From Octopus sinensis (Eukaryota): a stretch of DNA of 64,000 bases. A program made the translations under genes and the position numbers. The notes below the pieces were generated by a model, which saw nothing but the letters and a program-made list of their open reading frames with translations, searched no databases and had not been told where the DNA came from. The stretch is from contig NC_042999.1 of assembly GCF_006345805.1 (NCBI RefSeq), positions 165,664,001-165,728,000 of the forward strand. The letters are read 5' to 3'. This document shows, piece by piece, positions 11,491-24,989 of this stretch (position 1 is the stretch's first letter; each line of letters opens with the position of its first letter).

Positions 11491-12750
11491 ACAGCCACAC
11501 CTGTGTCTGTTTATTTATTCATAAAACGAACTTTATATCAGCTCATCAGACTTTTGCATCAGTATTCCAGCTAAAACACTTATTAGATTTATTAAACCCT
11601 TATTATGAGTCATTATTACAACACTTTTCATGGTTTCCTGACACCCAACTCTTCATAACAACCACTGCACATGGTTACAATGAAAATTTCTAAATATGGC
11701 AAACTCCCCAAATTTTGCTGAAGTGGTCTTGTCAGTACCATTTTTAGGCACTCACAGGCCCTGGTATTATACCAAAGTGCCCCATTCCCAGCCCACCAAG
11801 CTATCAAAATATGACTAGTCATAAGTTGCAAGTGCTGCAGTATCCATAGCACCTGCCTTACGATGTCACTAGATGCAGTTATTTAAACTGCACACAGTGC
11901 TTGACTTTGAATGGACTATTTCTCTTCTCACCTTGAAATAATATATAGTCTTGTATTAATATTATAAAGCTCTATTATAACCAGATTTTGGGAGATTGGT
12001 TGCAGAATTAGCCGTATGATGATTAAATCATTGACGTAATTTGTTACTTGTGGTTTCAAAACTTGCAAGAGTCTTTTCTTACCTTCCGTTCAAAGTTCGA
12101 GTCATAGTTGTCGAGATATTCATTTCACAGATCCCTGCAAGTTGAAAGGTAAAGACAACCTTGACAAAATTTGAACTCAGATCAATGTACAGAGATGTTA
12201 CAAAACGCCGTAAGGCATTTTAGCTAGTTGTCAGCTTAGTCTGTTATCAACTACTTTTACACCTGGTTATAATAAGAAGAGTATTAAGGATTAATAAAAA
12301 TCCTAATTAATTTATACTAAACAGTCTTCCATCAACATATTAACAACTTAATGTTTTAACTTCCTTACAGTTACAAGTTTGGAACACGATAGTTTCAAAC
12401 AGCTGTCATTAAAAACAGATGTGCTATGAGACATTCTGATTTTTAGATTTCAGTAATTATTGATTTCTAACATATGCACAATATTGCATATTTAGGGAAA
12501 GTGCACCAGTGATTATGTCCACCACCACCACCACCACGCCCAGGATATAACTGGTACTTATTTTAGCAATCTTCACTCCACCACCACCACCACCATCTTC
12601 AATATGTAAAATAAAATCAACTTTAGTGAGATATAAACTCAAAATGTAAAGGGTTTTAATTAAATAATGTCAAGTCTTTAGTTCAAGATGCTACCAAATT
12701 TGCCACAGCCTTACCTATTTCAGTTGTTTAGAAATATATATATATATATA

Positions 12751-13263
12751 CTAGCAGTATTGCCCGGCGTTGCTCGGGTTTGTAAGGGAAATAACTATAT
12801 AAGCATTTTTAGAGAGTTACTTCCCTTATAGATGCCAATTCGGGCTTTCTTAGCCATTTCTGTTTTGGTGTCTTCAAGCCATGAAGTCGTTGTTCTAAAA
12901 GAACGCTGGTCTCCTTGACAACACATTACGACGTTGATTTCTTTACACTCCCTTCCCCACAGCTTCACGAGGGAGGGAAGAAGGGGGAGAAGCAAACAGG
13001 TGCAGGTGTGACCATGGACGCCAACTCCGCCGCCATCGACACACGAAAAATTATGCATTAAAATGGAATAAAAAATGATGTTAAATTATTTTTAAAATCG
13101 TAGACTCATCGTAGACGCGTGCTAATAGCCAGACGGGCTCCATATGAATCACGACTATAAGATACCCGGTTTTGGTTAAACTGCACCGCAAAATGTGGGA
13201 GTAGTTAGGAATCTAAATCGAAGGGGAGAGACACTCACACAACTACAGTTTTATATATATAGA
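12751..13263 (-). mobile_element. Non-autonomous Helitron, 513 bp
   Basis: Minus strand A|TCTATATATATAAAACTGTAG...cccgagcaacgccggg (hairpin) caatactgCTAG|T: 5'-TC, subterminal hairpin, 3'-CTAG and an A^T target. Confidence 0.9.
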
Positions 13264-13635
13264 TATCTATCTTACAGCAGCAATTATTAAGCTTCGTGTT
13301 ACTTTTCAATAACAGAAACGTTATTCTTTCACAAACACCATCAAATTATTCAAGATTATATAAAGCTGCAAATTTACTAGAAGCAGTTGTCTAGCAACTA
13401 ATTATCTGTAAGAGAGGTTTAAAACTGTGCACAGTTGGAGCCATACAAAATAGAGTTTGATACTATGAGAATAAACAAATGTAGAGATAAAAGGAAGACA
13501 AGTATTAGGGAACCATGTCCTGTATTGAATGCTGTTGAAATAGAAGTGAAATAATACAGTAAACTAGTGGTAGTGGTTTTTATAGATGTAGAAACTATAG
13601 AAACAGGCTACATTAACACTTAGCAATATGTACAG

Positions 13636-13683
<48 letters not shown>

Positions 13684-13840
13684 CTGTACGTATGTGTGTG
13701 TATATATATGTGTGTGTGTGTGTATACACACATATATGTTGAAGTGACTTTGAAATTTCGGCCAGCTAAGTCTGACCATAGTCCAATAATGACTTAGCTA
13801 GCTGAAACTTCAAAGTCACCGTCAACAACATTCATGTATA

Positions 13841-13877
<37 letters not shown>

Positions 13878-14149
13878 ATGTTTTATCATCCTTATTCGTA
13901 AATATATTCACAATGAGATCAAGTACATGATCTCTAACAGCACCAAAGATATCTCAAGAATCACCCCTCTTATTTAAGTAATAAAAGAAAAATAAAAGGA
14001 CTAAATTTAACTCATATTATGATGATTGACCCTTTTATCAAATTACTATACACACTAACTAGGCTACAGAAACATTTGCTGCTTGTATCTTAGCAACCTA
14101 AAATTTATTAAATATTCAGACTTTTTAAATAAATTATTTGTTTTACAAA

Positions 14150-14640
14150 ATCATCATCATCATCATCATTATCGTTTAACGTCCGCTTTCCATGCTAGCA
14201 TGGGTTGGATGAATGACTGAGGGCTGGCGAACCAGATGGCTGCACCAGACTCCAATCTTGATCTGGCAGAGTTTCTACAGCTGGATGCCCTTCCTAACGC
14301 CAACCACTCCGAGAGTGTAGGGGGTGCTTTTACGTGCCACAAGCGCACGGCCAGTCAGGCGGTACTGGCAACGACCTCGCTTGAATCTTTTACACATGCC
14401 ACCGGCACAGGTGCCAGTAAGGCGATGCTGGTAACGATCACGCTTGAACGGTGTCTTTTACGTACCACCGGCATGGAGGCCAGATAGCCGCTTTGGCAAT
14501 GATCACGCTCAGATGGTGCTCTTAATATCCTACTAGCACGGGGCTTGAGTGCCAGTAAGGCGATGCTGGTAACGATCACACTCGAATGGTGCCTTTTAAG
14601 TGCCACTGGCACAGAAGCCAGTTAGTCGCTCTGTCAATGA
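14150..14640 (-). mobile_element. SINE family A with about 5 internal repeat units
   Basis: (CAT)n + gtttaacgtccgctttccatgctagcatgggttgg..., then repeated gtgccagtaaggcgatgctggtaacgatcac units. Confidence 0.85.
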
Positions 14641-15063
14641 TAAGCATTAATTGTCATTAAATATATGAAAGATAATAGATACTGTCTATTGCACTATATA
14701 AATCAGTTTGCACCTTATTCTTATGTGCAGTAATGAGAAAACTTCAGCATTGCTTCAAAAATATGAGGTAAATCAGTCTCCCCGACCCATGTTACCTGGG
14801 AGGGGAGGGGACAAAGTCCATGACTCTTAATTTTTTCTGAACTTCTGAGACTGGTAGAAGGAAGGAAATTATTCTCAAACTGAAGGTCTCACCCAAATTC
14901 TCAATAGAGTAAATTTCACTAAAGGTACCCTGGAATGAGTTGTTAATGTTACACTGGGTAATGGATTAAATCTACAATCCGAGAACTCAGAATGCAAACA
15001 ACCAGAATAAATACTGCAAGACATTTTGTTCTGTGCTCAATTGCACCATTCCATTCTCTCAGC

Positions 15064-15301
15064 CAGTGCTTCTAAACCATTTTTTACCTATGGGCCCCCT
15101 TTGGTTCCTATTTTACTCAAGTGAACTCTCGTTGCCATTCAATGTAAAAAAACAAAAATCCTTCTGTATTTTTATAATTGTATATTATTAGGAATTGTAT
15201 TAAAAAAATTGGATATATTTTGTACATTGTAGAAGTATAAACAATTTATTATTTTAGTAAGGACCCCTAAGGGCCATATATACGCTAGTTAAGAACCATG
15301 G
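15064..15301. mobile_element. hAT-type MITE
   Basis: TIR-like cagtgcttctaaac / gttaagaaccatgg; imperfect 8-bp flanks ctctcagc / ctctaaac; homologous to 29052-29272. Confidence 0.65.
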
Positions 15302-17469
15302 CTCTAAACTGATCCTTTATTTTATTGACACTGAAAGGATGAAAGGCAAAGCCGACCTCAGTGAGATTGGAACTCAGACTGCGGAAAGCAAAACCTATCA
15401 CCAAACATTTTATCGTACATACATAGTTGAACACATAGATGACAAATTGGCATTATCCACCTATATAGCAATATGTTTTATTTTATTAAACTATCCTTTA
15501 ATAAAATGCTTTCCTCGTCAATATTTAAAAATCTGCTGACATGTATCTGAGTGTGTCATGGATTCTCAATTATTAAAACGAGTGAGACCTGTGAATATTT
15601 CATGGAATGAATGGTAAACCTATTGAGTTATTTCAGAAAACTTTATCCAAAAAACTTGAAAGCGTAGCCTATGTTGTGTCTCTATGGAAAGATGGTCGCT
15701 CATCTGCTAATTATAGACTTAATACACAGCATTCATAAAATAAATATTCACTTTTATTTTTCCAATTTTCCCATAAGCAAAAAAAAAAAAAGTATCCCAT
15801 ACATATGATACAACCCTTAGTTAAACTGCATATATCTGCCTCGTAAGTAAGGGTGAATATTTCACAGAATTGCACTTATGCACAAGCATTAAGTGATATG
15901 TGATATAAAAAACTTAGTTCAATTAAAAAAAATACACTTTTCACTATCCAATCACCACCACCACCTCCATCTCCATCACCATCATCCTCTTTCTTCCCCT
16001 CCCCCACTCTCTCTCTGCCTTTCTTTAATCTCACCATCAGAATATCACTTCTCTGCTAAAATTATATTTTTAACTCTTCTCCTCTACCTTCAATTAACTT
16101 TTTAAACCCGATAATAAATATTACGTTCCCCCTACCTCACATCATAGATGCTTCTCTCTCCCTCTTTTTCTCCCTCCCACTTTTCTCTTTCCTTCTGTTC
16201 TTTCTCCCTCTTTTTCTCTAATCATGTGAAAGCATTGCCAATGGGCTAAGTAACACAATGACAGGCAGAATTATTATAAGATGAAAGGTGACTCTTAGTT
16301 ATTATAATGAATCCACTATTAGTTGTCTACTTTTCAAAATACACAAAATTAAAATAGATCTTACTTAATAATTTTATTTGCATGGAGCTGTGGAGAAGGA
16401 GATTTTTTTCCTACCTATTGACCCTTGATCTACTGAAATATGTTAGTGTTGAGAATTTAATTTAACAAACAAGTTTATATAACCAAAGCCAATCTTTGAC
16501 AGGTTGTTACGAAAAGGTTAGGTTGATGTTAGAAAAGGTAGTGAGGAAAAGACAACAGTAGCTGAATAATAAATACTGTTTTAATCCTTTTTAGCTAGAA
16601 TAGGAATCAACTCCAGACATGTTTCAGCTTTGTTAAACAACTAGAGATAGACTTGCCTTTGTATATTTAGGTTTAACTTTTGTTAATATTACTTTATTGG
16701 ATCCACCTTCTTTCAACTGTGGCTTAATTATTCTTTAATATCCTCAATATCACAATGGTTTACATTTTGTTTTCACACTATTTCTCATGTAGTCCAATAT
16801 TTAACATGTACAGAAGAAAGAATTGTGTCAATATCATAGTAACAAACCTTTGACTTGCTCTGTTTTTTATTGTTTTCCCCAGTTCCCCACTCCCTGCAAT
16901 ACTTTTGTTCTCTATGCCCTACATATTTGCTCTGACCCTAAGTTTACATCAGAGGTTCAAAGTTTACACTTTGGTATTGCTCTTATTAACTGCCTCTTTA
17001 TGTTTTCCTACCAGATGAAAGGTTGTAGGCTACAGACACATTTATTGTACAAAATTACAAAATAAGTGGTTATGATGCAATAACTATTGGAAAATGTGTG
17101 CTCAAGCAGAAACTATTTTTTTTTAAATATAAACACTACTTATTGACTGTTTTGTGAATAATTACCAAACATCCTGTTACAAAAACTGAATGAAATAACA
17201 AATTAAGCCATAGAAAGGTACATTTGGATTTTTAGTTTAGCTTTCCACTAAGAATATTCAGTAAATGTTGTGAAGGAAAGATACACTATCTCAGAAAATT
17301 GGCACTTGTGTGAAGCTATAGTTTCAGTCTTTCTTTGCCCAAATAGAATCTGCAAAATAATTCTTTGGTCAGATGTTGAGACCTCTGTCAGGATTTCTTC
17401 AGTTATTATCATTGCCTTCCAGAACGTGAAATATTGTTATACTCCAATAAAATATTTTACACACATGCA

Positions 17470-17508
<39 letters not shown>

Positions 17509-17937
17509 TTCATTAATGTTTAGCAGAAGCAACAGAATGGTTCAAGGACCAAAGTTTCATATGTTGATGCTTACCAAACTATTTACAAACCAAGGGGTTA
17601 TAAATTTATATCCTGATTATAATGGTATTTTACTGGATAGTTCTGGAAGGATATATAAAAACAGTTACAATGTCATGTGGATAATCCATGTTTTTCCAAT
17701 AGTTTACCCCCATTTTGCCATTCAATAAATACATAAACAAACAAGGAAAATTTGTGCATACTTATACACACATAAATGTCAATTATCCACGTTGTAATTG
17801 TTTTTATAATTTGTTCCAGAAATATCCAGGGAAATACCATTATATGAATTTATAACTCCTTGATTTGTTAATTGTCTGATAAGTGCTAATGCATAAAAAT
17901 CTTGGCCTTTGAGTCACTCTGTTGTTTCCGCTAAATA

Positions 17938-17989
<52 letters not shown>

Positions 17990-18150
17990 AGAGGTTAAAT
18001 TAGCCTCATTAAGGGATGGTATCATTCAATTAATTACTGGCTCAGTACCTAATATTTGTTGTGAATAATAATATTCATAAAACAGTTTTAAAAAATGGTT
18101 TATAATCATTCAAAAGAAACTAAGAACATGGAGAGATAACATTTAATTTT

Positions 18151-18494
18151 AAAAATTATTATCTGCAAAACATAGTCCCATACAGTTGTTTCAGTTAAGC
18201 TTAAAAGATTAAATAACAATTATTAAAATCATCATATTAAGCAAAATCTCTTCAGAAGGGTAGAAAAAAGATATACCATTAGGTTTTTTGTGTGTTGTAT
18301 TTTAGAATCATCACAGCAGACTGCTGTGATGATTTTAAAATACAACATATAAAAACCTAATGGTATATCTTTTTTCTATCCCTTTGCAGAGATTTTGCCT
18401 AATATAATGATTTTAATAATTGTTATTTAATCTTTTAGGGTTAATTGAAACAGCTGTAAGGAACTATGTTTGATTTTTGTAGATAATAAATTTT
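18151..18494. repeat. ~345-bp imperfect palindrome (foldback/MITE-like)
   Basis: Centre atcatcacagcag-a-ctgctgtgatgat; arms of about 170 bp pair outward (aaaagatataccattagg / cctaatggtatatctttt; aaacatagt / actatgttt). Confidence 0.9.
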
Positions 18495-18539
18495 TTATCA
18501 AATGCTATATATCCATTTTCTTACTTTCTTTTGAATGAC

Positions 18540-18605
<66 letters not shown>

Positions 18606-18830
18606 CTCATGTTTTGAGTTATGTTTTTCTTATTTGCATCTTGAAACCTCCAGAATCCTGAAGGAGTCAGGCCCCTGAAGGGAGCCTGTGAAACTTGAAG
18701 TAGCATGGAACTGAATCAAACTGTTTTAAATATATATTTTCCATAACAATTTACATGAAGATATATTCTCTGTGCCAACTTATGCTGAAACATGCTCTCT
18801 ATACTAATTTACAAATAGCTATGTTATCAA

Positions 18831-19058
18831 AGGCGGCGAGCTGGCAGAAACGCTAGCCGGCGAAATGCTTAGCGGTATTTCGTCTGCGTTACGTTGTGAG
18901 TTCAAATTCCGCCGAGGTCGACTTTGCCTTTCATCCTTTCGGGGTCAATAAATTAAGTACCAGTTACGCACTGGGGTCGATGTAATCGACTTAATACCTA
19001 TGTCTGTCCTTGTTTGTCCCCTCTGTGTTTAGCCCCTTGTGGGTAATAAAGAAATAGG
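18831..19058 (+). mobile_element. Full-length, young SINE family C
   Basis: aggcggcgagctggcagaaacgctagc...ggtaataaagaaatagg, flanked by an exact 11-bp TSD tatgttatcaa (18820-18830 and 19059-19069). CpGs are retained. Confidence 0.9.
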
Positions 19059-20183
19059 TATGTTATCAATGTCAAATTACACTTAGAATTGTTCTCTGTA
19101 TCAATCTACATACACACACACATAGATGCATGTATATGTATTCATGCAGAAAACATATCCGGGAAATGTTCCTATGTCATTATTTTCAGTTGTCTGATCA
19201 GCAAATATTATTTTTGCTCAAAATGTTTAAATTTTCAGCCTTTCTTGTAAGGTCTAATATATATGTCCTGAAATATGTCCTGAGCTGTTACCATACTAAA
19301 CCATGATTATACCCTCACTGTATGCTCCTCATTTAACGTTTGAATTCTAGAGTTGTCTCTATTTGACAAGCCTTGTCGATTTTAATGGTTTTCCTTTTCA
19401 CTACTAAAGTAATTTTGATTAAATTTTTATCAAGTTACTAGCTGGCCTCGTACTGTCAAAAATTACAGCTAATTGTAGTATTTTATATATAAAAAGGGTG
19501 TGTGTGTGTGCGTGCATATGTATACATTCATATGTATGAGTAGCACAGAATGTAGCGAACACAGTTTTCTATACTTTGTCACAGCCCACCCCCTACCCTT
19601 TTAAGTGTGTCTGTTTATATATATATATATATGTGTGTGTGAATGCGCGTATATCTGTAATTCTATTTTCTATGTGTCTTTTTAAATAAACATACACAAA
19701 TACATATACACTCACTCAAATATATGAATATACTTTACACAAACACACACAAATATTCACATTCCTCTCTTTCACACGCACACGCATATACTCACACACA
19801 TATACTCACACAGAGTTGAAGTGCTGTTTGATTTTTGTTTCACCATTGACTTTTCACCATCTTACTTTCTTCCATGGATCACCCCTTCCTTTCTCATTCA
19901 TATATGTGATGGAGAAATACACAAGAGTATTATCATAGCAGATTATTATAATAGAAGATTCATGATGCTCTTTTTGTTACTTCCTCTCTCTCTTTGCTAT
20001 TACTTTCTCTCATTCCCTCTCAGATGGCTATTACTCTCACTACTGAATTACTTTATATTCTCCTCTCCCTTCACCATTCACTCCTACTGTGTAATTTTGG
20101 ACAAAATATATATGATTCGCCATGATAGATCCTAGCCACTAAACCTTTTTCTATTTTTTATCTCCCTCTTTATTTCTGTGTTC

Positions 20184-20219
20184 CTTTCTGTGGAAGAGCA
20201 TAGGCTCGAAACGTAAAAG
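20184..20219 (+). ncRNA. Minimal hammerhead-like motif with variant core (copy 1)
   Basis: cttt-CTGTGGA-A-GAGC-ATAG-GCTC-GAAA-CG-TA^aaag; palindromic ACGT stem III; predicted cut after 20215. Confidence 0.6.
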
Positions 20220-20876
20220 ACTTTCTCACTTCCCGAGCGTTAAACTAATACATGTTTGTTGTTTACACATCCGTCTTTGTCTTTTGTTTTTTTTGTAAAT
20301 TCTCACTATATATATATATATATATGTGTGTGTGAATGCGCGTATATCTGTAATTCTATTTTCTATGTGTCTTTTTAAATAAACATACACAAATACATAT
20401 ACACTCACTCAAATATATGAATATACTTTACACAAACACACACAAATATTCACATTCCTCTCTTTCACACGCACACGCATATACTCACACACATATACTC
20501 ACACAGAGTTGAAGTGCTGTTTGATTTTTGTTTCACCATTGACTTTTCACCATCTTACTTTCTTCCATGGATCACCCCTTCCTTTCTCATTCATATATGT
20601 GATGGAGAAATACACAAGAGTATTATCATAGCAGATTATTATAATAGAAGATTCATGATGCTCTTTTTGTTACTTCCTCTCTCTCTTTGCTATTACTTTC
20701 TCTCATTCCCTCTCAGATGGCTATTACTCTCACTACTGAATTACTTTATATTCTCCTCTCCCTTCACCATTCACTCCTACTGTGTAATTTTGGACAAAAT
20801 ATATATGATTCGCCATGATAGATCCTAGCCACTAAACCTTTTTCTATTTTTTATCTCCCTCTTTATTTCTGTGTTC

Positions 20877-20912
20877 CTTTCTGTGGAAGAGCATAGGCTC
20901 GAAACGTAAAAG
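20877..20912 (+). ncRNA. Minimal hammerhead-like motif with variant core (copy 2)
   Basis: Identical to 20184-20219; predicted cut after 20908. Confidence 0.6.
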
Positions 20913-20999
20913 ACTTTCTCACTTCCCGAGCGTTAAACTAATACATGTTTGTTGTTTACACATCCGTCTTTGTCTTTTGTTTTTTTTGTAAATTCTCAC

Positions 21000-21031
<32 letters not shown>

Positions 21032-21509
21032 AATATATAAAAACACTACACTCATTATTATATATTAAGGGATTTATCTTCCCATTTAAGTTTACGCATA
21101 GATATGTTCTCCAAGTAACCAGTTCTGGTTATATCAGTTATAGATATTGAAGTGTGGAAACCAATATTATTAATCTTAATCAAAATCAGAGATTTATTTA
21201 TCTGTTCAGCTCTAAATAGAAAATGAATACAGAAATGGCTTTGATCGTGTTTTCATTTGTTCGGGAAGCATCATGTATATATTTTTTTTTATTGAGACAG
21301 GTGTTCGCTTTCCATTAGAGTTGGAATAAGTCAGAGATATCTTTATTTTTTTTTTTTTTACCATATTTCACCACTGATGTGAACCTTATTTAAATTCATT
21401 TTCTAAGAATTGGTTTTGCAGTATTTGAATGGAAGATTAGGTATCATCAAACTGATACGCCTTGCATCAGGTTAATTTGATGTGCAATACTCAATATTCT
21501 TTTCCTCCT

Positions 21510-21725
21510 TATGGTGATGAGCTGGCAGAATTGTTAGCACACCAGGCAAAATGCTTAGTGGCACTTTGTCTGTTTTTACGTTCTAAGTTCAAATTCCACC
21601 AAGGTTAATTTTGCCTTTCCTCTTTTCAGGTCAATAAAATAAGAACTAGTTGTGAACTGGGGTCAATGTAATCAACTGCTCCTTACCCCAAAATTGTTGG
21701 CCTTGCAACAAAACTTGAAAGTAAT
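21510..21725 (+). mobile_element. SINE family C, older copy
   Basis: ggtgatgagctggcagaattgttagcacaccaggcaaaatgc...ggggtcaatgtaatc. Confidence 0.75.
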
Positions 21726-23479
21726 ATTCTTTTCCTCTTAATAAATCCATTCAGTCATTTTATTGATCAACTGTCAACCACATCATGTTGAGTTTGATCC
21801 AATGAGCCATAGGATTGTCTTTGAAAAACATTTAGTCACGACTGAAGTGGCACATATGTCCTCTTTAACAAAAATTATCAAATCAGGGTTACATTCTGCT
21901 GTCTACAACAGAAATCATGCTTCTTTCACAGTACCTAGTTACAGCTAGGTGGCCTGGGTTTTTTGCACTTCAAACCTTTATCAAGATGACAGTAATTCTC
22001 CAAGAGTGGAATATGGACCTTCAAACTTTCCTGCTAAGTAGATGCAGGCAGGATCCTCAACTCATTTAGCATTTTGTAGAATCACTTTATAAACTGAGTC
22101 TTTCAAACAGTTTTGGCTTGCAAGTATGAGCTGTGCACTGATATTACCTGGAGCTGTGGACTTGATATACTGTACCATTCCATGCCATATGTACCCAAAA
22201 GCAATTAAAACAAAAGTGGGTTACAAAGATTCACAATTCAATATGGCAACTATTCAAATGGATAAGTTGCCAAAAACTATTTCTTTTTGCATTCAATCCC
22301 ATCATGTAGCACCTTGAGCATCTTCTACCAGTTTCTCAGATCTTCTTACTCCAATTCAGAGCACCCAAAGTTTTGTCAATGGAATTTGCTAAACAGGAAA
22401 CTGTAGGAAAATTATGAGAGGGACCATTCTTGTTGTTGTGTTGTTAACTTATTCTGTTATTTGATTTAACTCCACCATATGGCCTTTAAATGCATTGTTT
22501 TGCAAGCATAAGAGTCAGGTTACCATTCTTTGGGAAACTCTTCTGGTCAGTTCCCTGAAAAAAACATCATGGATATTGTCCTATCTCTTCTGACAAAGCT
22601 TTGTAAAAAAATAAATTGAATACTAGTTTTATTTCTAGGAACTTTTACTATTAAATGATTACTATACAGGTTGTGCACAAAGAAGTCAAAGGTGTCAAGA
22701 CTGAGGTGTGATACTGACATTGTATTATGCAATTCAGAAGAAATTTTTTGGCACTCCTCTACTCAAAAGGCTGATGTTAGACAAACAAGGTTTCATGAAA
22801 AGCTTAAACTATTATTGAAAGAAAAGGTAACTGCAATGAGTACGTGAATAGAATGAAATATTTCATTTTACTAGTATTTAACACTCTTGTTTATATAGTA
22901 TTCTAAACCAAATGCATAACATAAAGTTGAGGCAAAGTTGATAGACAAGTAATCCTTCAATAATAAGTGAAGTGGGGGACATTAATTATTCCCTACATGA
23001 ATTATTTAGATTGTATTTCATCACAAATACACTGAACAATATCTTGGCACAACACATAATATATACAACTTGTACAGAAATAAATTGTCAAATCCTGTTG
23101 TAATTTTAGAAACTTTCATATTTTACTGTAGTTTCTACAGATTTTAACCAACACTGCATATAAAGACATAAACACCTTGCCTTTTTGTACAATATATTTG
23201 TGGGCAGAGAAAGTGCCTTAGGTTCATAAGCAGATCATTTCACACAACATCAAGCTAATGGAAATCTAAATAAACAACCAAATAAAAAATAACATAGTTA
23301 CCATTTCTGCAGTTGAAAAACCCAACCTGACTCCCACCTCCTACCAGTTCATAATTATTCATTCACCAAGGTGGACATTGCTTAATAATCATTTCCCTAT
23401 CTTCTTTTGTTTGAATTCTTTTTGCATTTGTAATAACTAATTTCACTCATCCAGTTGGTCAAATTAGACAAATTAGTTC

Positions 23480-24480
23480 AGATTTTCACAATGCACAGCT
23501 CCTGCCACTTCAAAGCCAAATTTATGCTCTTCAACATAATTCAGAGACATTCATATGGTTCCAATTGCCTCTTTTCCTAAGTCAGGCCACATTTCTCAAC
23601 TTCAATGTCATTTATTTCTAAAGCAACCCCTATTACTATCTTACTTCATCACACCACATGATTCTCTCCTGATTTAAGCATCTACCAGCTCCCTTTCACT
23701 GGCCCTCCTTTCTGACTCTTTCCACAATGTCTTTCATCATAGCAACTGTCCTATCTCTCACCAGATCTCCTCAGCTCTCTCATTTAACTTTCTTGTTGAC
23801 ATAAATGTATGCAGTATGGAGCTATGTAATGATAGGGTGGTCTACTTGCCTTCCCTACGGCAAGAACATCTGCCCATTGACTCAGATTGTTTTTCAGTTT
23901 GGGAATTTTCTCTCTGAAATACCAGCTTATCCATCTGATCTTTCTTCACCTGAAACCCCAACACTGTTCATCAGCCATCAGTTTTGTTGGTTGGTCAATC
24001 AACCCCAAACTTTTCAGATGACCTCTAACCCCTGTTGCTGTCAGTACTTTTGTCTAATATCACTCTGTAGAAGTTAGTGGTCTCTTTTATTCTGTCCACT
24101 TTTCCAAATATTATCTTGTGAATTGGTGCTATGATCTTAAGCATGGATTTCATTCCAAACCCTATCCTGATCAAACAGCATGTCTTGTCCTTATATTTTA
24201 CCAACTGGTATTTTCACAATTTCTCAATCACACAAAACTGGCTCGTAGAAGCTCAGTCATTTAACTCAACTTTCACAAGGTCTCTCCTGAAGCATTTATG
24301 ACCCCATTGGCCATGTGGCTATTTCATACCCCAAAATCTAGCATTGGTCAAACCTCTGTTTTCTTTTCTTTTGATTAAACGACTGTCAGCAATGACAGTA
24401 CTCCACTTCCTACTTCTTTCCCAAAGTATTTGAATACGCCCTTCAGTTTACCTCTTCACCTCCCTCTTGAACTGAGCTAG
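23480..24480 (-). mobile_element. Highly degenerate RTE-type LINE fragment
   Basis: The minus strand has traces of the RTE C-terminus (RLxWxGHV...RGRPxxTW-like pattern) with many stops; purine-rich on the minus strand. Confidence 0.4.
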
Positions 24481-24483
24481 CTC

Positions 24484-24486
<3 letters not shown>

Positions 24487-24532
<46 letters not shown>

Positions 24533-24545
24533 CCTCCCTCCCTCC
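24487..24545. repeat. (CT)n/(CCCT)n microsatellite
   Basis: Direct reading. Confidence 0.95.
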
Positions 24546-24989
24546 CAGTACCAGAACTGCCATAACAAGAAATATGTTTATTTGGTTTATAGGGTGGCTA
24601 CCATTGCTCTAACCTCATCACATCCCACTTTCAACCAATTGCAGAAATTCATTATATGATCTACCAATTCAGACTTAGACCCTTTACAAGTTCTCAAGAC
24701 CTAAAGCTCATCTCTTTGAATGCTCATGTCTGCCCTCTTCCCCATCACCTGATGTTACTTCCATTTCTTTTTTCATTTATTTTTTTCCATGCCTGTCCCC
24801 TTTGTTCACGCATCATGTTTGTATACACAGCATTGGATTGCAGGGACTGTGTGAAAGCTGGAAAGTATTGGAGTAAACATGTAATGTTAGTATGCATGAA
24901 TGTACAAAGGAACTGAGAGGAATTAGATGAAGTGTGCAGCAGAGATCACTGCACTCGTGATGTATTGAGTTCACAAAACAGGTTGTTTG

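Larger units (their letters stand above)
19615..21000 (+). repeat. Head-to-tail tandem duplication, 2 x 693 bp
   Basis: Landmarks recur at +693 (19633/20326, 20188/20881, 20307/21000); ORFs 19821..20135 and 20514..20828 are identical. Units are bounded by (TA)n. Confidence 0.95.

Noticed and set aside
17560-17690. Peptide LYPDYNGILLDSSGRIYK faintly like CFAP300 LYDEDIVRDSGHIVK
   Set aside because: Flanking conserved motifs (VPC...FF, ISDEL) are absent and there are no fitting splice sites.
19821-20828. Duplicated 104-aa hydrophobic ORFs
   Set aside because: TTG-start, pyrimidine-rich PLE terminal sequence; identical only because of the DNA duplication.
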